The notes beneath the pieces were generated by a model, which saw nothing but the letters and a program-made list of their open reading frames with translations, was not told the origin of the DNA and made no database searches. A stretch of DNA of 61,781 bases, counting the filler, from Trypethelium eluteriae (Eukaryota): NCBI GenBank assembly GCA_051942245.1. It is 2 parts of 2 records of this genome, joined end to end, with 100 filler letters (N's around TTAATTAATTAA, not from the genome) between each part and the next. Parts side by side here need not be neighbours in the genome. Positions count along the whole stretch, not along the records: positions 31,014 to 61,781 come from JAVECL010000283.1; 1 more part is not named here. One strand, written 5' to 3'. Each line of letters begins with the position of its first letter. Position 1 is the first letter of the stretch. A program made the translations under genes and the position numbers. Positions 49,450-61,781 of the stretch are shown in pieces.

Positions 49450-52115
49450 TGGACAACCTTGAGTTGTTCTTGTGATTATGAACATTATTAGAGCAATATG
49501 CAATAGGTATCTGGAAAAACGATCCATTTGTAGCCATGATATCAACCCCGAGGGCAGGAGCATCGTCTCGATGCATAAGTACACAATTTACTAGCTTCCG
49601 TTTCCCGTGAAGCACGAGAAGCGATAGAGTATTGTGATCCTGTACAACAGGACTTGATGATAACAAAGTCGACCAAGACAACGGATCTTTCGCCACCTTG
49701 AAAGGTGTCGAATTTAGCGAGAAGAAGATCATCCATAGGCTTTGCTGGGAGCTTTGTTTGTATCCAGGCTCGGGCGTGACGGTACAATCGGTATTGAGCT
49801 TCGTACGGAGCGAGGATTGCAATGTCCTGTGGTTCGACTCCAGATTTAAGAAGGCGATAGAGAATGTCGGTAGTAACAGCAACATTCCGTGGATTTGACT
49901 GCAATTTGGTGGCACTGACTCATGTATATCCGTCTGAAATTCCGACGAATACGTTGTTGCCCTCAACATTGAACTGTTCGTTTATTGACGCCTGAAGCTC
50001 TCTTAAGCTTGTAGTCATACCAGACAGCCGAGATGGGTTTGTTGATGTCGTTCACGATTCGAATTGTATGGTCAAGGTATGGCATCGCGCACCGTTGAAT
50101 ATTGTGATCCTGTACAGCAGTACCCAGTTCCAAAAATATGGAAGCAGTTAGATATTTCGCAGCATGTATAAGTGGCCAAGGTTATATATTTAAATATTTC
50201 CAGCGCAAAGGGCCCCGTAGGGTCGCCTGGTCGGTACTATTGTACTCCTCCATCAGGATCATGATACGCTGGTGTCTTGATCTTCACGCAGATGGTCCGG
50301 CAACTGGATTAATTAGCATTGTTCTAATGGCGAAAGAACTTCTTGGTTTTGAGCTTGTCATAAAGAGGTCCGATTGTATTGATTACCTATTTGAACGTGC
50401 TTTCCTCGTTGCACCGTCGGAGCCAGATCATGACTACGCGTTCTCCAGTTTTAGGGTAGTTGACTGCCTTCGAATGCAATCTAGCGAGCCACAGGGCGTA
50501 GTACCGTCAGACTTGTCTCGAGTGTCGCGTAAAATGGCGTTTCATTCTTCTCTGGAAGAGATGCAGCAGAAGTGCATCATTGCTTGTTGAAGTCGGTCAG
50601 TACATAGTTCGAGAGCTACGAAAATGATACAAGTAATGAGAGTAATCTTCAGGGACGACCGGTCCTCATGCGCCGTAGTGTGTGCCTTGAGATAATTCAA
50701 TGTATCTTGGTAGTCATTTTGTGTTGTGTCCCACCACGACCAACACCCTGCGATTCCTCAGATTCCTCAGCTAGTAGACTTTGGTCTTTGAGACTCTTGG
50801 TTATTTTGAATATCTCACTGCAATCTACCACCTCACCAAACCTATCAATACGCTCATGAAAGGCTTTTTCCTCGGCGCTGGACACCCCTCGCGTGTTAGG
50901 GTCCAGATCCAGATGCTCCTCTGGGAGTTGATCGACCTGCTCCGCAAGATAGTCGTCTTTGTATTGTCAATCAGTGCTACTTTCCAAGTCTTAACAATCT
51001 ACCAAAATTACCAAGTTCATTGGAAATAACGACCCCAGTAATCAGTTGTAGGGGTCCAGTTTTTCTCTCATGTCGCATCTTGAATGTAATGCCCGAACGG
51101 CTAATCATACAACAAGGGAAGAAAAAGGAAAATTACAAAGCATTCAAAGTGCACCATGGCCAGTTGTCGGTACCTTTGAGTGGGTAGTATCCTGGCATCG
51201 TGAGTGATTTGTATTCTGTGGCGAAGGCTTTCTCTCCATAGAGTCCGTAAACGCCCATAAACCGAACATGGAGTTTCTTGTTTGCGTCGTATCTCAGGTA
51301 TGGTCTTCCGAAAGGATATTGCTGAGGCAGAGGATATCCTTCGTTGTTTACCATATTCGGGAAGTTTACGACAAGAGAGCTGATGGCGAAGGTGCCTTTG
51401 ATGTGTGTTTCGTACAAGAGCTGGCCGAATTTGATTGACTCCAGCTGCACAAATGGTGGTGGAGGGTTCCATCTGGATACTGGCGCCATAAAGCTCATAC
51501 CCGGGAAGCCGACCGACGGACATTGAACCTCGATAGGAAGGAGCTGCCGGTGGCACCATTCCTCAAATGACACATTCATTTGTTCGGTACCACTGATCCG
51601 AGCAAAATTAGGTTATGGAGGCTCGCCGCGTCGGATACGACTAACGACATCCTGCTCGGTCGCAGCCAGGATTGTACCCAAGCCCGGTAATTCTTTCTTT
51701 ATCTTGCTTGCCGAATACTTGATTCGATCCACACCCCAGTGGTGGATTCTGTGGATGATTAGCCCTGGTCAATAACACATATATGAGGACTTGGCTTAGT
51801 GGATACTGACGTATTCTTAAAGCCTGATGGAATAAAGGCCAGTATACCAGAAGTATACTCAGCAGTAAGGGCTTGAAAACATCGAGCAACATTGATACGC
51901 ATCCGGCTGGCGTCGGGGGTAATTGGGTTGGAATCAAGCGACGCCTGATGAAGCAGGTCGTATACCCGGGATGTAGAGCCATAGCCCTGGCTGAGCTGCT
52001 TGATCTTGAACTCCTCCATAAGTTGAATAATCTCGGGATCTCGCTGCGCGTCCTGCTCAACCATAGACTCCCACTGCTTGAGAGCCTCCAAAAGCGTGCT
52101 AAGATTAGTGGACAT
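49450..52115 (-). pseudogene. Decayed superfamily-1 helicase gene of Upf1/Dna2/Nam7 (AAA_12) type; 5' extent uncertain
   Basis: LTIQF/RIVNDINKPISAVWYDYKL (frameshifted QYRM-like motif), NPRNVAV, GVEPQDIAILAPYEAQ, DTFQGGERSVVLVDFV and IASRA, broken by stops and frameshifts. Same-strand fragments at 50697-50885, 51133-51579 and 51759-52115 may be its N-terminal part. Confidence 0.65.
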
Positions 52116-52338
52116 CTGGTGGCTGCCCTAGCAGCCTCTCAAAATGGCATTCGGCGGAACACTTTGGAGATTCCTAGTTGAGGAATGGCTCGCTTTTGCT
52201 TCGCAAATGCTTTTGATGTCTCTATAGATCCGCTACAGGATGAATGACCTTCTTTTCGGTACGTAGGACCGACACCTGGCCTTTTGATTGGACACCAGCA
52301 ACGAGAAAACGACGACCATGATCGTTAGTCCCATTAAA

Positions 52339-53622
52339 TCACGTCCTGTAAAATACGGTTCTGACTTCCCGCAAGCATGTTGGCTGCGGAGCGTAAAACC
52401 TGTGCCCATTGAGAAATCGCTTTCTCAATTGGAAAGAATCCTCGCCCATACCGTGAGGAACCCAATATTTGGCAGGTACATCGCCGTCATCCCAGTACTT
52501 GAGGCCCATAGAGCCGCGCGGGTATGGGGCCAAGGGTTGAATCTGGCCAGTCGCCCCGTAGGGCAGGGGGACCTCCTTGCATTCCCTGAGCTTTTTGTGG
52601 TCCAGATGGTAAAAGGCATTCTCACTGAGGATGCCGTGGCGAAGCCTTTCCTCGCAGTCGTAACCATACCTGAAGCCATTAGGGAGTGTATTGTAGGCCC
52701 AAGCTGCAAGTCGGTGTTGTTGCTCTTCTTCCGACACATGTTTATCTGGACGGACAGAGGCAACGACATCGTCATCGACTTCTGTTGATGGGCTGCTTGA
52801 TATGTGGAGGCCGGCACTTTGGTCGAGGCCTCCAAGGGTATGTCTGAAAGGAGCCTTCAGTCCGTTGAGGTCCACGTATGGACACTTCCTCCAGGCGGCA
52901 CCTTTCTCTTCTTCCTTGATAATTTTCTCCAGCTCGTCATCCCCATCACCGAATATTGCCTCGACATCGACAGCACCCCACGATGCAGGTATCGGGGTAT
53001 GGTCAGGACAACTTCGCTTATCCGTTCCATCGATGCAATCTGATTCATTGTAATGATTATCTGACGCCTCAGATAGACTGCTGGTGGAAAGGTCACTGGA
53101 GGAGGATGGACTACTCAAAGAGGTACTATCGGAAAGCGCAGGCGTCTGATGTGCGCTCCCAGTAAAGGCACAATTGGGAACGATATGTCCCTTGAAGTCC
53201 TCTAGGGAAGAGTCTTCACAGATAGACTCAGTCATGCCGGGTTCCGCGAGACATAGCTCACCAGGTGCATTTAGCTTGGAGGGGGTTGCATCTCCTGGCA
53301 GGGTCGAGGTCCATCGCTTCGCTGAAACCATCCCGCACTTGAGCGGGCGTTTGGCTGGTTGAGCATCCTCACACATGCTCTTGAATTCCGCATCGAATTT
53401 CGTGCCCGATTGGATCGCTTTTCCAAACTTGTCGTGGCTTTTGTCCAGCGCATCGAAACATTTGTCCCATGCATCAGGAACTTTGAACTTCTGTTTTGAG
53501 TGGTATGGTTGTATTGTGGGAAGATCGCGATACTTTCTTGTGTCCCACCGAGCGTGATATGGGGCCAGGGCAGTCCCATACAAAAGATCAATGAAAAAGA
53601 GAGCTTGCGGAGATATTAACAT
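52339..53622 (-). CDS. Hypothetical protein, 427 aa, with Ser-rich linker; no recognised domain
   Basis: Uninterrupted ATG-to-TGA ORF of 1284 nt. Confidence 0.6.
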   Translation of the reverse strand: MLISPQALFFIDLLYGTALAPYHARWDTRKYRDLPTIQPYHSKQKFKVPDAWDKCFDALDKSHDKFGKAIQSGTKFDAEFKSMCEDAQPAKRPLKCGMVSAKRWTSTLPGDATPSKLNAPGELCLAEPGMTESICEDSSLEDFKGHIVPNCAFTGSAHQTPALSDSTSLSSPSSSSDLSTSSLSEASDNHYNESDCIDGTDKRSCPDHTPIPASWGAVDVEAIFGDGDDELEKIIKEEEKGAAWRKCPYVDLNGLKAPFRHTLGGLDQSAGLHISSSPSTEVDDDVVASVRPDKHVSEEEQQHRLAAWAYNTLPNGFRYGYDCEERLRHGILSENAFYHLDHKKLRECKEVPLPYGATGQIQPLAPYPRGSMGLKYWDDGDVPAKYWVPHGMGEDSFQLRKRFLNGHRFYAPQPTCLREVRTVFYRT

Positions 53623-54915
53623 GGCTCTAGTGCAGTAGTAAGGGACCGGCGATGAGGGTCCAACAAAGGGGATATGATGAATAGCTAGGATGTGAATGAA
53701 AGCAGTAGTGTCTAACTGTTGCCGAGTGAATAGTCCAACAAGTCGTTATGCTTCGGGTGAATGTTTGGAGGAGTGATGCAAAGCTGGCAAAGTGACAGTC
53801 TTTACAAACCCATTGATAGGGCAGATTGTACCTTGTAGGAGCGAGAGAATTAAGGAGCCAAAGAAAGCGGCGTCCTCGAATTGTTTATAAACAAAATACA
53901 GGGCGGGCGGTTGTTAGATGGCGGGCGACAAAGTGTGTGTGAATCGCACCTACATACGGGATCATCCACGCATTTTGTGATTGAAGTTGTGCCTAAACCA
54001 CCCATTAGGTTCCACAAGCCACAGCCACGTTGGCAGATATGAAGACCATCACAGCAAACTTCTGTGAGGGAAAGTAAATAACAAGGATATCTGAACGCGA
54101 CAAGTGATAAGTAACGCAAACTAAACGTAGACCCGCCATTGCGTGCGCAATAGCCTTGTTGCCCTTTCTATTTAAGGAAGTGTGATGCAAAATTACGCAA
54201 AAACGTAAGAAAGATCACCATGCAGCTCAAATCCCAGTGTATAGGACCGTGACTGTTCATGATCAGTGCCAAACCTTCGACCAGGGTGATGACCATTTTG
54301 TAGCCCCAGTTGAACGCGAAAATTATCACTAGACAATAGTTGAAAGTTTCGGATATATTGCTATATGCTCTGCACCCGTTCCTTCTGGTTTTGAATGTTC
54401 CTTTACATCACATCAAGAGGCAAAGGTCTGAGGAGGACGGGTGCAGTTCGCAATTAGTAGAGATGGGGGGATGCAGCCAGATGAGAAAAGTTGGGCTTGC
54501 GATGTCCGTAAATCTACGCTTATCAGTGTGCAATGGAGCAAGCGAAGTATTCATCTCAATAGTAACAAAGAAGGCATTGGTGAATTTCATCTTTGGGTGA
54601 AGTTAAGTTGGCTCGTACCTTATGAGAATCTAGCCTCAAACGGCTTAGCATCACGTACTTATCTTTAGCAGCTACGTCACCACCACCCCGCATTGAATTA
54701 ACCCGAGCCTTCGTAAACAGCACCTTGATTTAGGTAGTTGGTTTGATATTTCTAAATGTGTTCTTCCTTCGAATCATAAAACGGATAATTGTGTTCGTAT
54801 GAACATCTGTAGAACAGGCCATTCTTTTTTTCGCCATACCACGTCCTTATCCTCACACAGAGTTGCTCAGAAATCCATTTGCCCTCTTTGGCAGCCATCA
54901 ATTCTAAGACGTACA

Positions 54916-55940
54916 ATGGCTTCGGCAATGGGGCAACGCCTGGAGGGCAAGACAATTGTCATCACTGGAGCCTCCTCTGGGATTGGGAGAAGTACTGCAA
55001 TCGAGTTTGCAAAGACGTCGCCGAACAATCTGAAATTGGTATTGACTGCACGACGAATCGACTCCCTAAAACAAGTAGCAGAAGACATCAAGAAAGAATT
55101 GGGCAATGGGGTAAAAGTACATCCGGTCAAACTAGACATCAGTAGTCCAGAGGAGATCAGAGGCTTTGTAAATGGGTTACCGCAGGACTTCAAGGAAATC
55201 GACGTGCTCATCAACAATGCGTGGGCCTCCTACTGCACGTGCTATTTAGCGGATTCATGCTGACACAATTACATAGTGGCATGGTCAAAGGCGTAGCAAG
55301 AGCCCCAGAGATTGAAGAGTCAGATATCAACCAGATGATGGCCACCAATGTGACGGGTCTCATTAATATAACACAGGCTATCATGCCAATCTTTAAGAAA
55401 CGACCCGAAGGTGGACAAGGAGACATCATCAACATTGGCAGCATAGCTGGAAGAGAAGGCTATCCTGGAGGTAGCATCTATTGCGCAACCAAGGCAGCTG
55501 TACGGACGTTCACAGACGCACTAAGGAGAGAATTGATTGCGACAAGGATAAGAGTCATGGAGGTTGACCCGGGACAAGTCGAGACCGTGAGCAAAGATTG
55601 CTTCATTCATCAGCATTTTTATTGACTATGTTCTAGGAATTTTCGTTGGTACGATTTGGTGGGGACAAAGCAAAAGCAGATGCTGTCTATGCGTAGGTGA
55701 AGAGAAATTTGATGTACGAGCGCCGTTAATGAATTCAATGTAGTGGATGCGAGCCGCTGACTCCGGATGATATTGCTGAGATCGTTGTATTCGCCGCAGG
55801 CCGGAGAGAAAATGTTGTCCTCGCAGATTCCTTAATCTTTCCAAATCATCAGGTATGTAAAGTCGCTACCGTTACATTTCCTCGTCCTGATGCTGATGGG
55901 CTCCAAGGCCTCAGCGACGGTCATGCATCGGAAGAGTTGA
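54916..55940 (+). CDS. NADP-dependent 3-hydroxy acid dehydrogenase-like SDR (YMR226C/YdfG family), 5 exons
   Basis: ITGASSGIG, NNAG, GSIAG, YCATKAA, DPGQVETEFSLVRF and EPLTPDDIAE. Introns 55221-55277, 55588-55636, 55693-55743 and 55853-55907. Confidence 0.92.
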
Positions 55941-56420
55941 ACGTCAATCTGACATGGCCTAGGCCGGGACTGGAGGTGCAATGTACAAGAGGCCGAAGCT
56001 TTGAGTTCCAGATCGGTCCAGCTCACCTGATTAAGATGGATGACTGTATTTCGAAGGATCTAGACCAATACATAGATAGAGTGGCTCTGCATCTAGCTTG
56101 ATGTTCCAATATTGTTCGATATATTGCATGGGATGATTCAAAAATCCAGACATGCTTTAGCAGCTGAAACTGAAGTTCCGGTAAACGCTCATTTTTAATT
56201 GAATATATGGCATGTATTGGGCAGCGCGTGAGTACGATACGAACGAAAAGGCGACATTGTACCTAGAGTTCCCGAATTGACCGGGTCTGGGGGATCTGAC
56301 CGACAGGGGTATAGCTTCTAGCGGGCCGGCCCGTCTTTCTGCAGGATGAAATCTTGGCACCACGGGACGACTCCAAACTTTTCGCGACAGCATCCACCAA
56401 GCTACACATCACCCCTCGCC

Positions 56421-58694
56421 ATGCCGACACCTACGCAGAAAGCGCCAAAAGGCGCTCGCGGTACTCAGTCATCCAGATCAATCAGTAAGATTATGCCAAC
56501 GCGTTAGCTATAGCGAGAATGCTAAGCTGCAGCGACAATAGCTGATCCCCGCTTCTCTAATATTCACACCGATCCTCGCTTTCGATTGCCCAGCAAGAAA
56601 CATGCGAAGGTTAAGCTTGATAAGCGCTTTGCGCGTATGCTGGAGGACGACGACTTCTCTAAAAAAGCTAGTGTAGACAAGTATGGGCGCAAGGTCGAGA
56701 GAGGCGCGGGACGGAAGGATCTAGAGAGATTCTATCGCGTGGGTGAAAGTGAAGATGAGGAGGACGATGGCGATAAGGAAGCTGAAGAGAATGACACAAG
56801 TGAAGCAGATGACGATGATGAAATACGAAAAGAGTTGGCAAAAATGGACCGGAAGTATGACCCCGCTCGAGAGGGCGGATTTTCTGAGTCCTCGTCCGAC
56901 GAAGAGAGCGGCGTTGAGGAGGATGAGGGAGAGATAGATGTGGATGAAGAAGATATTGCAGGTGATGCCAACGCAGACATACCTATGGGTGAAGTATCCA
57001 CACGCTTGGCAGCGGTGAACATGGATTGGGACCACATAAGAGCGGTGGACCTTATGGCAGTAGCTTCGAGCTTTGCACCCGTCGACGGTAAGATAGAAAA
57101 GGTCTCAGTATATCCGAGTGAGTATGGCAAAGAGCAACTAGAACGAGAAGAGCTCGAAGGGCCTCCACCTGAGCTGTTTGGAAATCTCAAATCATCGAAC
57201 GACGAAATCCAGGATGACGAGGACGAGGACGAAGACGAAGCCGATGAGCGCATCAAAAAGTCCCTCCTACAAGATGATGAAGGAGTCGAATACTCATCAA
57301 CAGCGCTACGAAACTACCAATTATCCAGACTCAGATACTATTATGCAATCCTGACCTGTTCCTCTCCCGCTACTGCCAAAGCTCTCTACGATTCCATGGA
57401 CAGCCGCGAATACTTGGCTACAGCCAACTTTTTTGATCTTCGTTTTGTTCCTGATGATACCAATTTTGACGAAGCTCCTCGTGACGAATGCACGAAAGTG
57501 CCAGATGGATACCGGCCGAATGAATTCACGACGGACGCATTAACGCATAGCAAAGTGCGATTGACGTGGGATGCAGACGATGCGCAAAGAAAAGAAGCCC
57601 AGAAACGAGCATTTAGTCGGGGTGAGATTGAGGAGAATGATTTGAAAGCGTATATTGGAAGTGACAGCTCTGATGACGAAGTGTCACTTGAATCGAGCCA
57701 TGATGAGAGAGACGCAGATGCTCCGACTGGAAAAACAAATGGGGTGAAGAATAAGGCAGATGAAAAGCGCCAGCGGATGCGAGCATTGCTTGGTCTATCA
57801 GAGGAACCGACGAAAACCAAGAAGAGAAGCGAAGATGCGCCTGTGGGTGATTTGCAAATCACGTTTACCTCTGGATTGTCGGCTCAAGATGGGAAGGGAT
57901 CTGTGCTTGAGAATAGAGCACCTACGGAAGAGACCACGAGAGAAAAGTACATACGCAAGGAAAAGGAACGGAAAGCGCGAAGGAAGGAGAAAGCCACAGC
58001 AGTGAGGGGTGTCAGAGGAAGGCAAGATGAGGATGAGGCAGGAGATCTGACCAGCGGGTCGGCAGATGAAGCCGAGATCAACCTTGACCAGAGTGAAAAG
58101 GGCGAAGTTAATGACTCAAAAGACCCTTTCGACGATCCTTTCTTCACCGACCCTAAAGTCTCCGCTAAGGCTGACAATGCCGCCCGCAAAGCGGCTGCAA
58201 AGAAAAAGCGTGAAGAGCGCGAGGCCGAAGAAGCGGCAGCCACGACTAAGAGGGCCGAATTGGAACTCCTAATGGTAGATGACAAAGCGACGAATGGTGG
58301 AACCCTCAAGCACTTCGACATGAACGAGATCGAAAAAGCGGAGAAGGCGGCGAGAAAGAAGCGGAAGGGGAAGAAGGGAAAAAGGGAGGGCCAGGCTGGT
58401 GGTGGTGCGGCTCCCACAGATGATTTCGGGGTGGACGTCAAGGACCCCCGATTTACGAAGCTGTATGAGAGCCACGAATTTGCCATAGATCCAACAAATC
58501 CACGATTCAAGGGAACTGAGGGGATGAAGAAGATACTGGAGGAAGGGCGGAAAAGGAGAAAGACCGAAGATGAGACTGAAATGCCGGCTAAGCGGGCTCG
58601 CACCCAGGAGCATCCATCTGAGCTGAACACCGCGGAGAATAGAGACGATTTACAACGGCTAGTTGCGAAGGTCAAGGGCAAATCGAGGAAGTAG
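56421..58694 (+). CDS. ESF1: Pre-rRNA processing protein Esf1 (intron 56485-56541)
   Basis: DPRFSNIHTDPRF, TRLAAVNMDWDHIRAVDL, VYPSEYGKE, LRNYQLSRLRYYYA, FFDLRFVPD and the NUC153-like DPRFTKLYESHEFAIDPTNPRFK. Confidence 0.94.
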
Positions 58695-58879
58695 GCGAGA
58701 GTTGAATTTGTCAGGTTAAGCGATTTCTAATCAAACCTTCGCGGATCATGATATCTAGGCATGAATTCACAGAGAGTCCAGCAACCCTTCTAGCTTATTC
58801 GTCCGTATGCCTCAACTACTTTATATGCTTGATACCATAGGCTTTATCCAAGGGCGAGTTTTGCGCCACCGACTTAGCT

Positions 58880-61177
58880 CTAAAAATTCATCAAATCTGC
58901 AAAGCGGTTAGCAAACCCTCGACAGTCTGAGATCAGCCTGGAAAGCTTACCTCTCCCAAAGAGTGCCCGTTTCGTCCAGTCCATTGCCAGCAGCGCTCTC
59001 GTCCGGAAACTCACACTCTGTGCAAAATACACACTCCGCCAGAGATACACCGCTAGCAACCCACCTCCAAAGTTCAATCCATTGAAGTCAAAAATGGCCG
59101 CATTGCCAATATACGCGAGACTCCCGAGATGCTTGTACTCGAAAGCCTTATACACGGCCTCATCTGTATCCCCATCCAAAATCTCATTCCTCCTCATCCC
59201 CTCCGCCGCCCTGGCTAGCCGCGAGAACTTCCTCCCGAGGTACTCCCCCTGCTGATTCGCACGCTGCGCCGTCGCAGGCAGACTCGTGAGCTTGGAGTCG
59301 ATCTGGCGGAGCAGTTCGTGGAGCTCGCCGAAGTCGAGCGTGCCCGAACGGTCCTTGTCGTACTGCTCGAACAGCTTGTCGAGGCGCTTGAGGTGGTCCG
59401 TCGCCTGCGGAAAGCGCTGCTTCACCCGCTTGGCGACGTCCCGCCACATGCTGTACGTGAGGCTGAGTTTCTCCGGGTCATGGCCTTTCTCCCAGGCGAC
59501 GGTGCGCAGGAAGGACATGATGTTTTCCGAGACGTTGTTTTGGACGGTGGAGCAGTCGCCGATGGCGTAGACGTCGCCGAGGGGCGTGCCGATGACGCGG
59601 AGGTGCGTGTCGGTTTCGAGGGCGTGCCGGTTGTTTTGGCCCTCGAGTTTTTTGGCGAGGCGTTGGCAGAACTCGGTTTGCGCTAAGCATGATGCTTAGC
59701 TTGGGACGCTGGAAGATACGGCTAAGCGTTTTGCTACTTACAGACTCCTGTTGACCAGAGACAAAAGCCCATGGGAAGCTCTTTGGTAACAACATTACCT
59801 TGGTCGTCCTTTTGGGTAAAGAGAATCTTGTCTTTTTGTACTTCTTTCACGCGCGAGTTTGTAAGAACGTCGACGGAATCATGAGCAAATCGAGCCTAAT
59901 AGAATCTTGTCAGTTTTCGGATAAGTTCTGGACAACCACCGACGTACCTCAGCGTATCTGGAGAGAGCTTCATCATAGGTATTGAGGATATGTCCTCTGC
60001 TCTGTATGACGTGTACAGAGATCTCGTTCCGCAAAATCCGAGGGAAGAACTTGCACAAGTCTTCGTTCAACATGTCAAAAAGCTCCGCCGCAAACTCAAC
60101 GCCAGTGGGTCCTCCTCCACTAACGACGAATGATAACAAGCGCCGTCTTTCTTCGTCGGTAGTTGTAGGTAAGCATGAAGCTTCGAGATTGCGAATGACC
60201 GCATTGCGGATAAGACGTGCATCATTCAGGTCCTTCAGAAAATGGCAGTTCTCAAGACCTGAGACACCGTGTGGATTTGTCGTAGAACCTGATCTTATCA
60301 GCATTTACCACTGCAAACTATTGTCGAAAAGAGACGTACCAACTCCGATGATAAGTTTGTCATACGGTAGATAGAAACGTTCATCTTGGCCGTCTGAACC
60401 CTTTGCTGAGACCTCGACCAATCTATTTGAAAAGTCGACGTCTTCGGCCACACCCTTGAAGAAGTGCCCTTTGACGTTGGCAACAATGCCTCTTACAGGC
60501 TCCGCGAGAGATCTAAGTTCAAGCGTCCCTACTGTGGCTGAAGGCAGCATAGGTGTAAACAAAAAATGATTCGATGGCGAGACCACGGTTACGTGATAAT
60601 CGTCCGGGTTCAGTTGCTTAAGGAGCGCAACGCTTCCCCACCCGGTCCCCAATATGACCAGCTTAGGCTTGTGCTTCTGATCTCTCTTACTCGGTGTATC
60701 ATCATCGTCAACAAAGTGTTCTGCGATGGGAAGGTTCTTCGGACCACCTCTTCTCGGATTGAGAGCAAACTCGGACACGGGTATATCGTTGACCAAAGGG
60801 TCTTCTTTATAGGTAGTTGCATCATAAATAAACAGCGCAGCAACAACTGTGCCACAGGAGAGGACGAAGAAGCCGAGGTATGCAAAGCCACGATAGAGAA
60901 ATCGGATCAGCCGGGATTGTGTATTAGGCAGAGGCTTGGTAGAGAGAGCGCGGGCTTGAAAGAATCCGTGGTCTTGACATTGTAGTCTTGAGTCGCGTTT
61001 GAGAGATCGGAGGACTGGGCTTCTGACACGGGACGAAGGATTCGTAGCAGCAGACCATGAGGCTCGACATGCTTTCAGATTTCTCGGAAGCAGAACAGAA
61101 GTATTCTTCGATTGCCGTGGGCAACCGGTCTTTGAGGCTCGTTGCAGCAGAGTTGGCACTGATTGCCGTACGAGCAT
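58880..61177 (-). CDS. External alternative (type II) NAD(P)H:ubiquinone oxidoreductase with EF-hand, similar in architecture to Neurospora NDE-1
   Basis: Presequence, LVILGTGWG, FTPMLPS, VVSGGGPTGVEFAAE, YAIGDCSTV, EF-hand DKDRSGTLDFGE, LPATAQRANQQG and YKHLGSLAYIG; several canonical introns. Confidence 0.93.
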
Positions 61178-61781
61178 CGTACCTCAGGACTGGGTAACCG
61201 ACGGATGATCAGGCAAGGTTCAATTGAGTACGATAGAACTGGCGGAGAGTTCAATTGAGCTCATAATAATATATTCTCAAGGATAGGATGAGAGTAAAGA
61301 GGCTAACATAAGGGAAAGCTTAACACGAGGGTGGCAATGCCAGTTGCGCGATTAAAAGACTGCAGAGGTCGAGGCTCAAAACAAATTGGCGCGCGATGAC
61401 GTCCGAGTTAGAGTACGGCGGGCCGAGCGAAAAAGCAATCCGCTCGCTGTGTAATCAGAGTGAAAATTTCCTAAGTTCATAATCAGATTATCTTTGAATT
61501 TATCCTGACAGTGAAAGGTTTTAGTGCACAAAATCTCTGTCAGGACATCTAGGGGCAAGCAAGACCTACTAGGAAGCAAAGCAATGCGACAAAAATTATA
61601 GTGAAAACACCGCCAGCAAACAAAAGCCCGCACCAGAGGTAGAACAATAACGATGAGAATAACGCGCTGCCGCTATCCAAAACGCCTTCGCTCAAAAGAC
61701 AGAAATGTTCAGACAGACGATGCTCCGCTCACAGCCTGACGCTCTCCCCCCTCATCCAGCTCCGCGCCCTCTCCCCTCTCA

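Noticed and set aside
56732..58681. Long antisense ORFs (174 and 265 aa) opposite ESF1, and similar ones opposite other genes
   Set aside because: Ser/Phe/Leu-rich shadows of Glu/Lys/Asp-rich sense codons.
35311..61177. Co-location of mitochondrial genes (RPO41, MDV1, NADH dehydrogenase)
   Set aside because: They are interspersed with unrelated genes, and mitochondrial proteins are common enough for chance co-occurrence.
1..61781. tRNA, rRNA, CRISPR arrays, and cryptic PTS1 via TGA-CTA readthrough
   Set aside because: None seen by eye: the GTTCGA hits lack cloverleaf context and the stops I checked lack the readthrough context. A tRNAscan-SE or Rfam run would be decisive.

Overview
Filamentous ascomycete (Pezizomycotina, probably Dothideomycete-like) genomic DNA with short GT-AG introns and CTRAY branch sites. 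It consists of two pieces joined by an artificial 100-nt linker (44 N + TTAATTAATTAA + 44 N, 30914-31013), so adjacency across that point is unproven. Left piece: SWC3, an ABHD12-like hydrolase, kynurenine 3-monooxygenase (BNA4), MAP1, ERV14, PRP17, an MFS transporter, a frameshifted MpaB-like oxygenase, a MAG2-like RING protein and a complete highly reducing PKS (KS-AT-DH-cMT-ER-KR-ACP, about 2622 aa) with no tailoring genes beside it. Right piece: RPO41, an SDR, ARO7, MDV1/CAF4, a VAMP7-like SNARE, an 8-kb accessory island (two orphan ORFs, a Ty3/gypsy integrase scrap, a decayed Upf1-like helicase), a YMR226C-like SDR, ESF1 and an EF-hand external NADH dehydrogenase. The best non-obvious signals are a candidate box H/ACA snoRNA in the unusually long first intron of BNA4, a 243-bp MITE-like element with CAC...GTG termini and a 5-bp flanking repeat upstream of PRP17, an 8-nt microexon carrying the hydrolase HG motif, and an optional in-frame intron in MAP1. 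All calls come from reading the sequence and recognising motifs; no searches were run, and no novel multi-gene system is firmly supported.
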